The notes under the pieces were generated by a model. The model ran no database searches. It was given only the letters and a program-made list of their open reading frames with translations, and was not told the DNA's origin. Positions 1 through 13,097 of a stretch of 64,000 nucleotides of DNA are shown in pieces. The position numbers and the translations under genes were made by a program. The stretch is from Octopus sinensis. Its lineage: Eukaryota. The DNA is taken from contig NC_043001.1 in the NCBI RefSeq assembly GCF_006345805.1, forward strand, positions 1,240,001-1,304,000. The letters run 5' to 3'. Positions within the stretch are counted from its first letter, which is position 1; each line of letters opens with the position of its first letter.

Positions 1-654
1 TGGTTCTAAGAATATTCCCTATTAATCTCTCACAGGACTCAAATGTCTTCTTCTTCAATATTTAACTGAAGAATTCAGAGAATAATAAAAAGAAAAACTA
101 AATCTAAAAATCTAGAATTAAAAAAAAATAAAATAAAATAAAGTATAAAATAAGAAGAAAACTAACTAAATAGGCTAAAAATCACTCTTGCAAAAAAAAA
201 AAAAAACCACCTTGAGATTCCGATAGTGAATGGGAATTGATTTCAAATGTACTTCAGTAATATCAGATTTAAACATTACATTCTTCTCAACATGCCTTTA
301 ACACCCACTACCACTTCCCATTTATATGTGTGTGTGTATTATATGTATATATCTATATCTACATATCAATCTATCTATCTATCTATATATATATACCAAA
401 TATGTGTTAGCCTTACAGTAAAAACATAGATGCATAAATTGACACATATATGCATGTACATTGAAGCACACACACACACACACACATATGTATATGTGTG
501 TGTGTATATATACATATATGTACACACACACACACAAATATACGAGGGTGCTATGCATACATATACGCATAAATACAGAAGCATACATAAACACATGTCT
601 ATATATATACGTATGCCACATATATGTATGCATATGCATGCACACACAGATATA

Positions 655-1628
655 TCATCATCATCATCATCATCATTTAGCGTCCGTTTTCCATGCTAGC
701 ATGGGTTGGACGGTTCAACTGGGGTCTGGGGAGCCCGAAGGCTGCACCAAGGCCAGTCAGATCTGGCAGTGTTTCTACAGCTGGATGCCCTTCCTAACGC
801 CAACCACTCCGAGAGTGTAGTGGGTGATTTTATGTGCCACCGACAAGGTTCCAGACGAGGCTGGCAGACGGCCACAAACGGATGGTGTTTTTATGTGCCA
901 CCGACACAGGTTCAGACGAGGCTGGCAGACGGCCACGCTCGGATGGTGTGTTTTTATGTGCCACAGCACAGGTGCCAGATGAGCTGGCGGAAGGCACGAT
1001 CGGAGATGTTTGTTGCGTGCCACAGCACGGGGCCGTCGATGCGGTACTGGCTACGGCCCAGTTCGGATGGTTTTCTTGTGTGCCACCGGTACTGGAACCA
1101 CAAAGATACAAATTCCTGATGTTCATCTATTTGATTTGGTTGATTTTCACTTGCCTCAACAGGTCTTCACAAGGGTCACACACTTGCCTCAACAGGTCTC
1201 CACAAGTGTCACACACTGCCTCTGCCTCAAACAGGTCTTCACAAGTGTCACACACTTGCCTCAACAGGTCTTCACAAGTGTCATAAGAGGGAAGGTATGC
1301 ACAGGTGGACTGACTACGTCGCCGGGTCTTCGGATTGTGTCTTTATGTGCCACCGACACAGGTGCCAGATGAGGCTGGCGAACGGCCACGATCGGATGGT
1401 GTTTGTTGTGCCCACAGCACGGAGGCCAGTCGATGCGGTACTGGCTACGGCCACGTTTGGGTGGTTTTCTTGTGTGCCACCGGCACTGGTACCACAAAGA
1501 ATACAATTCCACTGATGTTCATTTATTTTGATTTGTTTTGATTTGATTTTCACTTGCCTCAACAGGTCTTCATAAGTGTCACAAGAAGGAAGGTATGCAC
1601 AGGAGGACTGACTACGTCCCAGGTAGGG
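655..1628 (-). mobile_element. RTE-LINE 3'UTR/tail fragment with about 60-bp tandem subrepeats, ending in (ATG)n
   Basis: Plus strand begins (tca)n-tttagcgtccgttttccatgctagcatgggttggacgg, the same tail as the RTE at 47173; repeated tttttatgtgccaccg...ggctggc...cggatggtg units and cacttgcctcaacaggtcttcacaag units. Confidence 0.85.
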
Positions 1629-1761
1629 GCCACACACACACACATATGTATATACGAGTGTCTGCACCTGAGATATTGCTTCGTGGCACTCTCTTACATG
1701 GGAGACTAATGACTAGCTCTGTGTCTGCTTCAACATTCAGAGGAAATATGCATTTGTCAAG

Positions 1762-1950
1762 TCATCGTCATCATCATTTAATGCCCATTTTCTGGCATGG
1801 GTTGGACGGTTTTACAGGGGCTGGTTAGGCCAGGAGTCACATCAGATTCTAGTTGTCTGTTTTGACATGGTTTCTACAGGTGGATGCCTTCGTAATGCCA
1901 ACCACGTTACAGAATGTTCTGGGTGCTTTTTATGTGGCACCAGCACCAGT
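1762..1950 (-). mobile_element. Short diverged RTE-type tail fragment
   Basis: catcatcatttaatgcccattttctggcatgggttggacgg...ggatgccttcgtaatgccaacc matches the RTE tail pattern seen elsewhere in the window. Confidence 0.7.
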
Positions 1951-1956
1951 CATCAA

Positions 1957-2009
<53 letters not shown>

Positions 2010-2184
2010 GGCAAAGTTCTGCTAACTCTTTCCCCACAACTTTCTCTCTCTCTTTCCTCCTGCATCAAGCAACTCACCTGCGATGGATCAGCATCATGTC
2101 CAGGTGGGGAACCTACATGCCAATGAAACTGCGAAACCAGCCCTTATGAGTCAGGCATGACTCGAGAAGGAACAAACTGCAACA

Positions 2185-2216
<32 letters not shown>

Positions 2217-2220
<4 letters not shown>

Positions 2221-2400
2221 GTTGGCAACTAAGTTCCCACTGTTTTTTAAAATTTTGGAATCATTTTGGAATCTATTTTGTTTTTTTTTTTCTAGTTAAT
2301 TTTAGTTAATTTTTGTTTATTTTCAGATCATTAAAATGGAATGTCAAGGTAAGAAAAACGAGCATTTCTGACACCTCCTTCTTTTTGCTTGTAATCAAAG
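2217..2400 (+). mobile_element. Mariner transposon 5' end (TIR plus start of transposase), truncated
   Basis: TA followed by ttgggttggcaactaagttccc (mariner-type TIR); ATG at 2336 reads MECQGKKNEHF*HLLLFACNQ, resembling mariner N-termini, with a CGA>TGA stop. Confidence 0.7.
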
Positions 2401-2577
2401 ATTATACAGAGCTAGCAAAATATGCAGCAATGACCCCAAAAACCTATGTCCTCAAATACCTTACTCACCCTGTATATCTATTAAAATGAAATGTCAGTGT
2501 TATTTTCATTTTTGTGTAATTTAGACAAAAATTTATTCACTGCATCCTGTATATGCATGTTGATATGTGTATATATT

Positions 2578-2768
2578 AAGGTGGTGAGCTGGCAGGATTG
2601 TTAGCATGCCATCTGTCTTTATGTTCTGAGCTCAAATTCCACCAAGGTTGGCTTTGCCTTTCGTACTTTCAAGAACGATGAAATAAGTACCAGTTGAGTA
2701 CTGGGATCAATGTGAGTGGCTTAACCCCTACTCTGAAAGTGCTGGCCTTGAGCCAAGATTTGAAACCA
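2578..2768 (+). mobile_element. tRNA-derived SINE, degenerate
   Basis: aaggtggtgagctggcaggattgttagc head, ctgagctcaaattcc B-box-like motif, aagtaccagttgagtactggg body shared with other copies. Confidence 0.65.
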
Positions 2769-2877
2769 ATATGTGTATATATAGATATATAGATATTTAA
2801 ATATACATACATATACAGATTTTAAAATATAAATATGTTTATGCGTGTGTATATGTGTGTGTAAGTATGTGTGTGCG

Positions 2878-2922
<45 letters not shown>

Positions 2923-3384
2923 TACATGCACACACATGTAGATGTATATTTACATACAAATATGTATACCTGCATATATAAATGCATACACATATAGATG
3001 TTATATAATTTTTAATTTATTTTGAAACATAAAGTAAATACTAGCAATTTTCTCAGTAAAAACATTGAGTGAAAGGTAGGTTGGCATTAAGAAAACATCT
3101 CTTGATTCCTTTTGAAATATCTAAGAGATAATGTCTACTTGAAGATGCTACATAACAGGAATGTCAGAATGTAAAGGTAATTAATCATGAATTTCTTAGT
3201 GTTTCCAATCATTAAAAGATAAATAATTCTTCATTTTCCATTGAACTGTAAAATAAAGTTTTAATACAGAAATAACTGAGAGTTGAATGATTCTTCATAT
3301 GGAATTAATAATTGATCTCGGACATTTCTATGGTACCAGTTTCGGATGGTATCCTGCTCCATGTTAGTTCTAACCATTTGTACA

Positions 3385-3895
3385 CACTCATATTCCTATC
3401 AAAACTTCTGTCAAATGTAAGCATAACAAGTCGGATATTGTTGTTTGGGACAGAGGGGCAAAGGTATGTACCATCATAGAGGTTAGCTGCCCTGCAGATA
3501 TAAATATCTCTTTGAAAATCAAGGAAATAAAGGATATCTATGGACAACTGCTTCGAAACCTGCAGCTTCCATATCTAGACTTTGAATTCATATTCATACC
3601 AATAATAATTGGAGCACAAGGTTTTGTTAGTAAATGCTTAAAGGAGAATCTGGATAAACTGGGATTTTCAAAAAGAGAAACTCACTCACTGATTCGTACA
3701 TTACAAGTGCAATCTGTGACTGGAAGAGTAAAAATATGTAAGACTTTTCTCAAGTTCCAAATGGGAATTTGTCTGTGTTAGCTACATGCCAAAGATGGAG
3801 TCTAGTATCTTTGTTGGAAACTGGCTCCCTCCTCAATGGAAGATTTATAATAATTAAAAAATAGAAGAGACATACATACATACGTACATACATAG
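3385..3895 (+). mobile_element. R4/Dong-like non-LTR retrotransposon 3' fragment (restriction-like endonuclease)
   Basis: THIPIKTSVKCKHNKSDIVVWDRGAKVCTIIEVSCPADINISLKIKEIKDIYGQLLRNLQL...IPIIIGAQG...LQVQSVTGRVKICKTFLKF; homologous to 18059-18926; ends in (cata)n. Confidence 0.85.
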
Positions 3896-4809
3896 GTACC
3901 TGCAGCATGCATATCTGCACACCTGTATGCATGTTAGGGATGCCCAAATAAAAAAGAATTACCTGAAAGGTGTCAAATTTTATTTAATTATTTACCGAAA
4001 GATAAGGAAGAAGGAAGCATTGTACCATCACCAAGTCTGAGGTTTTACTCTTTTCTCATCCTTGCCATATTCCACTCTGTCTTCTTCTCTTATCATCCCT
4101 TATCCTTCCATCTTAGATCATTACTGACTCTCTTTTCTCTCCTCCCACAGATTTAGGAGCCTTGAAAAAATGCTCAGCAGACTGCAAAATCATTCGTGTT
4201 AGGGACAGGAATCCAGGAATAGAAACCATGCCAAAGTAGATAACGGAACATGATGAAGTCTTTTGACTTATCACATCCTGTCCAATCTGTGCCAGCATGG
4301 GAAGCCAGATGGTAAATGATGAGACGGGGATAATGATGATGGTAATGAAACTTTGAGAAGCAGCAGTGTAAATTTTTAGTTTCCAGAAAATTAATACCAG
4401 TGTGTTAGTGTGTTTGTTTTGTGTGTGTGTGTGTGTGCACAATTAAGACTATTCTCATTAAATACCTTGATGTCTCTATATTCACATTTTTTCTTGAATT
4501 ATTAAACAAGTAAGAGCTTGAATTAGACATAATTGCTAACCTCAATAAGTTATTTCTTATTCTCTTATGTTTGAGAATAACAACAATAAAAACAATTTAA
4601 ACAATAACTCATCTCACACATTTAATTATATCTTACTAGTTAACCTTGTAAGGAACTGCTGTATTAACAGTCTATTGCAGTTTACGTTTCCATAAGAAGG
4701 ACACCTCCTCCTTCGCCGTTGGAGAAAGAAAAAGCCTCTTTCACTTGAACTTATAAAGCTGTAGATTTATTTCTTATAATATGATTACATTGCTTTGGCA
4801 CGTCATCTA

Positions 4810-5200
4810 TTTTCCCTTTTATCTCTTTTATTTGATTCAGTCATTTAAACTGTGGCCATGCTGGGGCACCACCTTGAAGAAATTTTAGCTGAATTCATTG
4901 ACCCCTAGGGCTTACTTGTTTTGGAGTGTGGTGCTTGTAATATTGATCTCTTTAACCAAACTGTTAAGTTATAGGGATGTATACACATCAACATTGCTTT
5001 CCAGTTGGTGGTGGTGGTGGTGGGGGGACAAACACAAAAGCAAACAGACACACATTCACACACATGTATGACAGGCTTCTTACAATTTCCATTTACCAAA
5101 TCCACTAACAAGGCTTTAGTTGGCCTGGCACTATAATAGAAGACACTTACCCATGGTGCCATGCAGAGGGACTGAACCCAGAACCATGAGGTTTCAGCCA
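4810..5200 (-). mobile_element. tRNA-derived SINE (older copy of the 22507 family)
   Basis: cagtcatttaaactgtggccatgctggggcac ... agaagacacttacccatggtgccatgcagagggactgaacccagaacc matches 22507-22910. Confidence 0.75.
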
Positions 5201-5299
5201 AGCCTAAGTCTGTTTGTTTCCATTTTTTTCTTGAGTTACAGAAAGATGTGAACTTAGTTTGTAAAGCAATTTAAACACACACACTCACACACTTATATG

Positions 5300-5334
<35 letters not shown>

Positions 5335-5602
5335 TCATTCATTCATTAGCATATACACACTGAATGGACAGATTTGTTGTGAGAAGTAACTGTTTGCTGA
5401 GTGTCATAAGAGCTGATAAAATGAGGCATTGTTAACCTGTTACCAAGTGGAATGGGCTCTGCTAAATTCTTAAAAAGTCCTAATTCATGATTTACATCAC
5501 AACAGCATTCCTACTTCTCCAAATAAGAGGTTGAGGGCCCAAGGCAAGGCAGGATTATAGCTTTTCATTGACCAAAAGGGGATAAGAAATGTTCTTATGC
5601 TT

Positions 5603-5913
5603 GTACATTATTTACATTTGACGGATATTTGTCCTCATTTTGTTTGTTGTTAACACAACATTTCGGCTGATCTACCCTCCAGCCTTCATCAGGTGTCTTG
5701 GAGAAATTTCGAACCTGGGTTCTCATTCCTAAGGTATGCTCGTGGGCATATGGCATAGTGGTTAAGAGTGCAGGCTACTGACCCCAAGACACCCGATGAA
5801 GGCTGGAGGGTATATCAGCTGAAACATTGGGTTAACAACAAACAACAAGATGAGGACAAATATCTGCCAAATGTAAATAATGTCCATAATTCCTCATCTC
5901 TTAAACATAGAAC
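5603..5913. mobile_element. Non-autonomous fold-back element with two inverted hammerhead-ribozyme arms (Penelope pLTR-derived), 13-bp TSD
   Basis: TSD tgttcttatgctt at 5590-5602 and 5914-5926; inverted arms about 5605-5700 and 5785-5884; each arm has acac-C(T/C)GATGA-aggctg...cagc(c/t)-GAAA-nn-TT-g(t/g)gt. Confidence 0.8.
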
Positions 5914-7416
5914 TGTTCTTATGCTTAGTTTACCAATAAAAGGAATGTAGTTTGAATCCAGGATTGATAGGCTAACTTTTGTTTCTATAGTTCGTTTATG
6001 GTTTGGTTTCTATGTCTGGATTCCTCCAGAAATGGAAGATCCAAGTGAGATCAGTCTCAGAGGACAATGACTGAATAAAACTAGCTCAAACTTGCTGAAT
6101 CTTCTTAACCACAACATATTTCAAATAGATGTTTAGTCAGTTTGTTATATTTCTACCAAGAGATACCACTTTTGTTTCTGCTTATTTTGGAAATCCTGCA
6201 GAATTCAATAAAACCACTGTCGTTGTGAAGTTTTATGTGAGGAACTTTAAAAAAAAATTTATGGAAGATTTTAATTTAGATAACTTTAGAATAAACTTTG
6301 TATCAAAGATCTACAGCAGCCTCGAGTGGGTTGATATCAAAAGGGTTCATAGGTAAGCTGGTTCACACATTCATTCGATGCAACACATTAAAAATCTCTG
6401 AAGAATCATTGTTTTTATATATATATGTTTCTGTTTTGTCTATGTTCAATATTTTAGTAAAAATTATAAAAGTTACATAGACATATAGGTTTTTCCCAGA
6501 TATTTACAAATAAATGATATCTGTCAGACATTTATGACTTTTGCTCACACACACAAAAAAGAGAATAATAATTATGCATAGACATGTATGAATAATATTT
6601 ATTTGATGCAGTTGTGTAACAGCTGTTGCAGTTATTGCAGCATTCTGAGTTCAAAACTTATTAAGGTCTACTTTGGCTTTTATCCTTCTGGGGTCAATAA
6701 AATATTCATTAAGCTGGTGGACTGACAGAAAAGTTTGAGATGTTTTGTGTTATTTGTTGTGCTCACTGCATTCTGAGTTCAAATCCTGCTAATATTTTGA
6801 CCTGTTACCCAGTTTTATGCTGCTTATTGGCCCTTGTGTTTCTTTGGTGGATTCCCCTTGGTTATAAATATTTGCTGTTAGGGCTCCAATTTGAGAATTC
6901 CCTCCTTTCTTTCTCTCACTAAACTAAGAGGCCCAGGATAAAATACCAAAAACAAAGTAAAATATACTCTAAAAAACAACAACAACAACAACAACAAACC
7001 GCTGCCATCATCATCATCATCATCCTCATCCTCCTCATCATCATCATTTAATGTCCATTTCCTATGCCGGCTAAGTTGGATGGCTTGAGAGGAGCTGGCA
7101 AAGCCAAGGGCCACAACAAAGCAAGATTGTCACAACTGAAGGGATTGTGATCATGTGGTGTGCTTAGTCACAGCTGACCTTGGCCTAAACAACAACTGAG
7201 TTTGCTGTGACTCAACCATTACAACCGAAGAGACTACATTTTATACTTAACCAAAGATACTTGACATATTTTGTACTTAACCCTTTGAGATCTGCTGTTT
7301 ATTTCAATTTAACAATGTCTGTAATGATAAACAGGAGTGGTCATCATAACCTTCTGAATCTGTCAGAAGACTGGAAATTTGAGATGGGATAGGTTATGTA
7401 AGAACTGCATGAATGG

Positions 7417-7454
<38 letters not shown>

Positions 7455-8988
7455 TATGCATACATGTGCGCAAACACTGACATGATACCTAAAGTCTCAC
7501 ATGTCATCTTCTGCCAGTCAAATGCTAAAGTGCTGCCTTTATGTAAACTTTTAAGCAAAACTACAGCCAACAATGTCACATCAGTGAAACAGTTTGATTC
7601 CACTGTCATCTTAAATAAGACATTTTTTATGAGGAATCATTCTGAAGATAGTTTTCCAAGTAAAACTTCCTTTAATGGAGGCATTTAGAAATATCGTTTG
7701 TTTGTTTGTGTTCTTTAGGCCAGCCCCTACCGACACTCACTTTGCTACGATGCCAAATGATAGTTTTTCTGCCAGGCACCTCTTTAAATCACGATTATAC
7801 TTTATGATTGATTAGTATTAACTCATCGTTTTATCACATCTTCACCCTTCCCTAGAAACGTGATATTTTCCCCTTTTACTGCAAGCAATGACCTCTCAAG
7901 ACAATAATGGTGCTAAGCAGACACAACTTGATGATGGCAACATGCCAAAAGCTGTCATCACATTGATATCAATGCCATTTCTCAAAGAACCTGGAGTATA
8001 TTGAACCTACCAACACTTGTTCCATACCAAATAATGTTGCTGTTTTAAGCAGGTAAAATATCTTTTGCTAAACTGAATGCAACATTTTCCAAGCCGTGCA
8101 AACTACTGGTTTTGATTGAATCAGAAATTTTGAAACAAAGACAGTTGCTTCTCGCAGTTGACCTGAGAAAATCACAATCATTGTTTTAGCATCCACTTTT
8201 CAATGCAAACAGAACTCCTTGATGCAGATTTTCTATTACTGGACGACCTTCACCTGTATCTAGGTAAGTTAATATTTCTCCGTAACCAGATGCTTTCTGT
8301 TTGTTTTTTTATTTTTTATGGAAGACTCGAAATGAATAATACTGTTTGCATGATGGCCAAACACAGTTACAATTTTCAAACAAATGTCACAGCAAATGGA
8401 CACACCTTCTCTATACTCTTTTACTGACATATGCACACACACACACACACACGCGCGCATGCATATGGTGTTGAAACAGAAACAATTGTTATTGATTGTT
8501 AAAGATATGTTAAAGTCTTTCCTTGTCTTATTATTTGGATTATATTTGACCCTTTTTGCTAAACCCACAGTTTCACTATCATGAACTCAGATTGGGTGTT
8601 GCATTGGAAATACTGTATCTCTTTATGCTTCCAGTGCTTTATTACACACATTCTCCCTCTCTCTGTCTCTCTCTTTCTCTCTCTCACACACACACATATA
8701 TATAGATTTATTCTTATAAAATAAACAGAAATAATGGGTTCTATACATTTATCTATTTTGATTTTGATTTAAGTCTATGACAAATAAATAAAAGTGAATA
8801 ACCCATCCTTTCTGTATACTAAAGGTTCATTCTGTAAAAACCTAGCATCATCCTAACTGAGAAATGCAACAGAACGTCTACCAATTTAACTGGTGATGGA
8901 CGTTGACTTTGGCTTTCCCTTTGGATTGCCTGTCATGCAATACCAATCACAAGAATCTTTTGGGTATTTTTATTTACTGATGTACCTG

Positions 8989-10833
8989 CCCCTGTACCTG
9001 GCTTTTGTTGACATGGAGAAAGCCTTCAACAGGGTCCCCCGATCCCTTATCTGGTGGGCAATGAGAAAACTAGGGATAGATGAATGGTTAGTGAGAGCTG
9101 TGCGGGCCATGTATAGGGATGCCGCTAGTAGGGTGAGGGTTGGAAATGAGTACAGTGAAGAATTCCGGGTAGAGGTAGGGGTCCACCAAGGCTCAGTACT
9201 CAGCCCCCTCCTAGTTATCTTAGTCCTCCAGGCAATAACGGAGGAATTCAAGACAGGATGCCCTTGGGAGCTCCTCTATGCTCTGATGACCTTGCTCTAA
9301 TTGCTGAGTCGCTATCAGAACTGGAGGAGAAGTTTCAGGTGTGGAAACAAGGTTATAATCGAACGAAGGGCCTCAGAGTCAATCTAGCTAAAACCACAGT
9401 CGTAATCAGTAGGAAGGTAGACAAATCACAAACACCTTCAGGTAGATGGCCCTCTCGATCTGTAGAAAGGTATAGGTAGAAACTCTATAAGATGCACCAG
9501 TGTAAGCTATGGACACATAAGAGATGCAGCAATGTCAAAGGAAGGCTAACTAGGAAGATGGGTTTGTATGTGGCAGATGCTCAGGAACAATAAACACTGA
9601 AAATGCTCTGAGACCAACTTCCGTCACTTTCAGGAGAAAAACTAGAAATAGTTGATAGTTTCCGTTACCTAGTGAGACAAGTCCAGCAGCATCGGGGGCG
9701 GGTGTGCTGAAAGTGTAACTGCTAGAGTAAGAATAGCTTGGCAAAGTTCAGAGAGCTTTTACCTCTGGCTGGTGACAAAGGCCTCTCGCACAGAGTGAAA
9801 GGCAGACTGTATGATGCGTGTGTACGAACAGCCATGCTACATGGCAGTGAAACATGGGCCGTGACTGCTGAGGATATGCGTAAGCTCGCTAGAAATGAAG
9901 CCAGTTATGCTCCGATGGATGTGTAATGCCGGTACTCACACTCAGCAGAGTGTAAGTACCTTGAGAGAAAAGCTGGACTAAGAAGCATCAGTTGTGGTGT
10001 CAAGAGAGACGTTTGCGCTGGTATGGTCATTGGCGAGAATGGATGAAGTAGTTGTGTGAAAAAGTGCCACACCCTAGCGGTTTAGGAACCTGTGGAAAAG
10101 GCAGACCCAGGAAAACCTGGGACGAGGTGGTGAAGCACGACCTTCGAACTTTAGGTCTCACTGAGAAATTACATAAGACCGAGACCTCTGGAAGTGTGCT
10201 GCGCGCGAGAAGACCCGGAGGACAGTGAGTCCACAACCCGTGCCTTCTACATGGGATGGAGCCAGCCTACGTATGCATACCTTCCCTCTTGGGACACAAA
10301 ACTCTACTTGTGAGACGTGTTGAGGCAAGTTGAGGATCAGAATCGAAATCGATCAATGGAAATTGCGGATGTGCTACCAGTGCCGGTGGCATGTCGAAAC
10401 TCTGCCTTGTGAAGAGCCCATTGAGGCAAGTGAGGATCAGAATCGAATCGATCAATCGATCAATGGAAATTGCAGATGTGTTACCAGTGCCGGTGGCATG
10501 TAAGAGAACTTTCCGTTTCGCGACCGTTGCCAGCACCGCCCGTTTCGTGTCCGTTGCTATAGCCTCGCCTGGCCCTCGTGCCGTGTGGCACATAAAAGCA
10601 CCATCCGTTCGTGGCCGTTTGCCAGCTCTGTCTGGCACCAGTGCGGGTGGCACGTAAAAAGCACCCACTACACTCACGGAGTGGTTGGCGTTAGGAAGGG
10701 CATCCAGCCGTAGAAACACTGCCATTTGACTGGGCCTGATGAAGCCTTCTGGCTTCACAGACCCCAGTAAACCTCCGAACCCATCTAGCATGGAAAACGG
10801 ACCTAAATGATGATGATGATGATGATGATGATG
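8989..10833 (+). mobile_element. RTE-clade LINE, 5'-truncated, many 1-3 nt indels
   Basis: PLYLAFVDMEKAFNRVPRSLIW...GVHQGSVLSPLL RT motifs; near-identical by eye to 47173-49339; 3' (gat)n tail. Confidence 0.92.
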
Positions 10834-11589
10834 GCCAAAAGCATCTTTCTTCTTGAATTGATATGCCTTTATAACTTCTTTGTTGTTGTTATAATACATA
10901 TATATATAATTATCATTGTTTAAAGTCTGTTTTCCATACTGCTATTATTTGGACAATTTGACAGGAGCTGTCACCTGCAGCGCAGTCCAGATCCTCCATG
11001 GTTGTGCATGGTTTCTGTGGCTAGATGTCCTTCCTACTGCCGGCCACTTTACAGAGTGTACTTGGTTGCTTTTTATGTGACAACAACAACATGAGTGCCT
11101 TTTGTGTGGCACCAAGTGGGTGCATTTTGCATGGCAGTAGTATGAAACATGTGGAACTGGCACGATGAAGCCTTCTGGCTTCACAGACCCCAGTAGAAAC
11201 CGTCCAACCCATGCTAGCATGGAAAACGGACGCTAAATGATGATGATGATGATGATGATGATGGGCCAAAAGCATCTTTCTTGAATTGATATTCCTTTAT
11301 AACCTTCTTTGTTGTTGTTATATACATATATATATAATTATCATTGTTTAAAGTCTGTTTTCCATACTGCTATGATTTGGACAATTTGACAGGAGCTGGT
11401 CACCTGCAGAGCAGTCCAGGATCCTCCATGGTTTTGCATGGTTTCTGTGGCTAGATGTCCTTCCTACTGCCGGCCACTTTACAGAGTGTACTGGTTGCTT
11501 TTTATGTGACACCAACATGAGTGCCTTTTGTGTGGCACCAGAGTGGGTGCATTTTGCATGGCAGTAGTATGAACATGTGGAACTGGCAC
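10740..11589 (+). repeat. Direct tandem duplication of about 425 bp (RTE tail plus flank)
   Basis: gatgaagccttctggc...gaactggcac occurs at 10740-11163 and again at 11164-11589; the copies differ mainly by 1-3 nt indels. Confidence 0.9.
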
Positions 11590-11629
11590 CTGCAAGATAA
11601 AGACCTCTCACAACTGGGAGAAGGAATTA

Positions 11630-13061
11630 TGTTCCAAGTTCACAGATGAGGCTGGAGCTAGGGATCTACCGTAGGCTTCTGAGTTAGCAGGTATTTATAA
11701 TATCAGAGGAAAAAGAACAACAAAAATCAAGGTAGGGTGAGTGTCTCAAGTCATTTAGAATATTTAATTAGTGTAAGGTGAATTTGAGGTAATTAATTTA
11801 TTTGTTAATTAATCTATTAATTATTGGATGTCTCACAGCTGTTTCGGGGATATCCCAAGTGATAGGCTAGTATGTCCATACACTGGGTATTCTATCATCA
11901 GAGACAATGTACGTATGAACGTTCCAGACAAGGAATTCAGAGTTTATAAACAAAACAGTTGATGGAAGAATAGAGACAGGAGAATAAAGTTCACATCTCA
12001 TCATCTTCTGGAGGATATGAAGTTTGGTCCATACTTCTGTGAAGGTCCTTAAGTATAATCCAGATAAATCCAGGTAGTATTTTGAATGTTGCATTCATGT
12101 TGAAGGAATAGATCAAATAGTTAGCTAGTATGAAAATGGCCCACGTGGATATATAGAGTGAGAAAGACAGACATCATGATGGACAGATGTGGGTTGTGAG
12201 TGAGGGAATAGAAAAGAGAGGAGAAAGAGAGAAAAGAAGGGGAAGGAGCGAGAAAGAATGAATGAGGGTGAAGGAAATATAAAGTGAAAGTTAAGAATAA
12301 AAAATAAAGATAAGATGCTGGTATTATTCTTCCTTGGGGTCAGTTCAGGGTGAGAGGCTGGGCATTAAGCTTTTGGTAAAACGAAGGAGGAAGGCATTTA
12401 TGGCTATTAGTTAACTAGAGGAATTCTAGGTTTAGTGTGATCAGAAAGAATATTTAATTCAGTGGTCAGTAGGGATGGCTAAAAATAGATGCCGAACTTA
12501 AAGGGGTGTATATACGATTAAAAATGCAATTAAAAATAAGAATTAAAAAATTAAAAGTTAAAAATTTTAAATGATTAGAGATTAAGAATTAGAAAAAAAA
12601 ATATCAGCTTGCTGGCTTCTAAGAGACTTATACTGATAAATGAAAGATAAAAAACGTATGTATATTGTAATGACCGTGGATGTATATAGGCAAGTGTTAT
12701 GTGTGCTGATTTTGCTTGCCTTTGGATCTATGGGAGAATCTAAAGGTATGATAGAACTTATGTTTACATGTAAAAAATGCTTTGTGCTCTTTATTGATTT
12801 CAGGCAGAATCCACACATGGAATGTTGGCCTTGGTATGGGACATCATAATCTATTATGGCATTATCCTATATGGTATTTTCTTGTTTATCAGCTGGTGTA
12901 TGTGGTTGGCTAAGGAGGTAAATTTGCTATCTCCTCATATTTAAATGAGTTCAGGTGTGCAGAATATCTCTGTTTAAAAATAATAGTAGATCCGATGTAA
13001 TGGCTAGTAGAATTTTGCAATATGTTGCAGACAATTTCAGAGTAGATTTGTTGAAGATCGA

Positions 13062-13097
<36 letters not shown>

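Noticed and set aside
1360-1390. ccagatgaggctggcgaa in RTE tail subrepeats as a hammerhead core
   Set aside because: The core is CAGAUGA with no pairing stem II or stem III; it is a simple gccag/ctggc hairpin
826-1500. Regularly repeated units as a CRISPR-like array
   Set aside because: The units are degenerate tandem subrepeats without unique spacers, belong to the RTE 3'UTR, and there are no cas genes; the context is eukaryotic
4152-4311. Exon after a long polypyrimidine tract
   Set aside because: All three frames contain stops before the GT donor, and no product is recognisable
8190-8270. Exon ending at a strong AG|gtaagt donor (also 6352 and 14666-14780 candidates)
   Set aside because: No recognisable peptide, weak acceptors or in-frame stops, and no consistent chain of exons can be built
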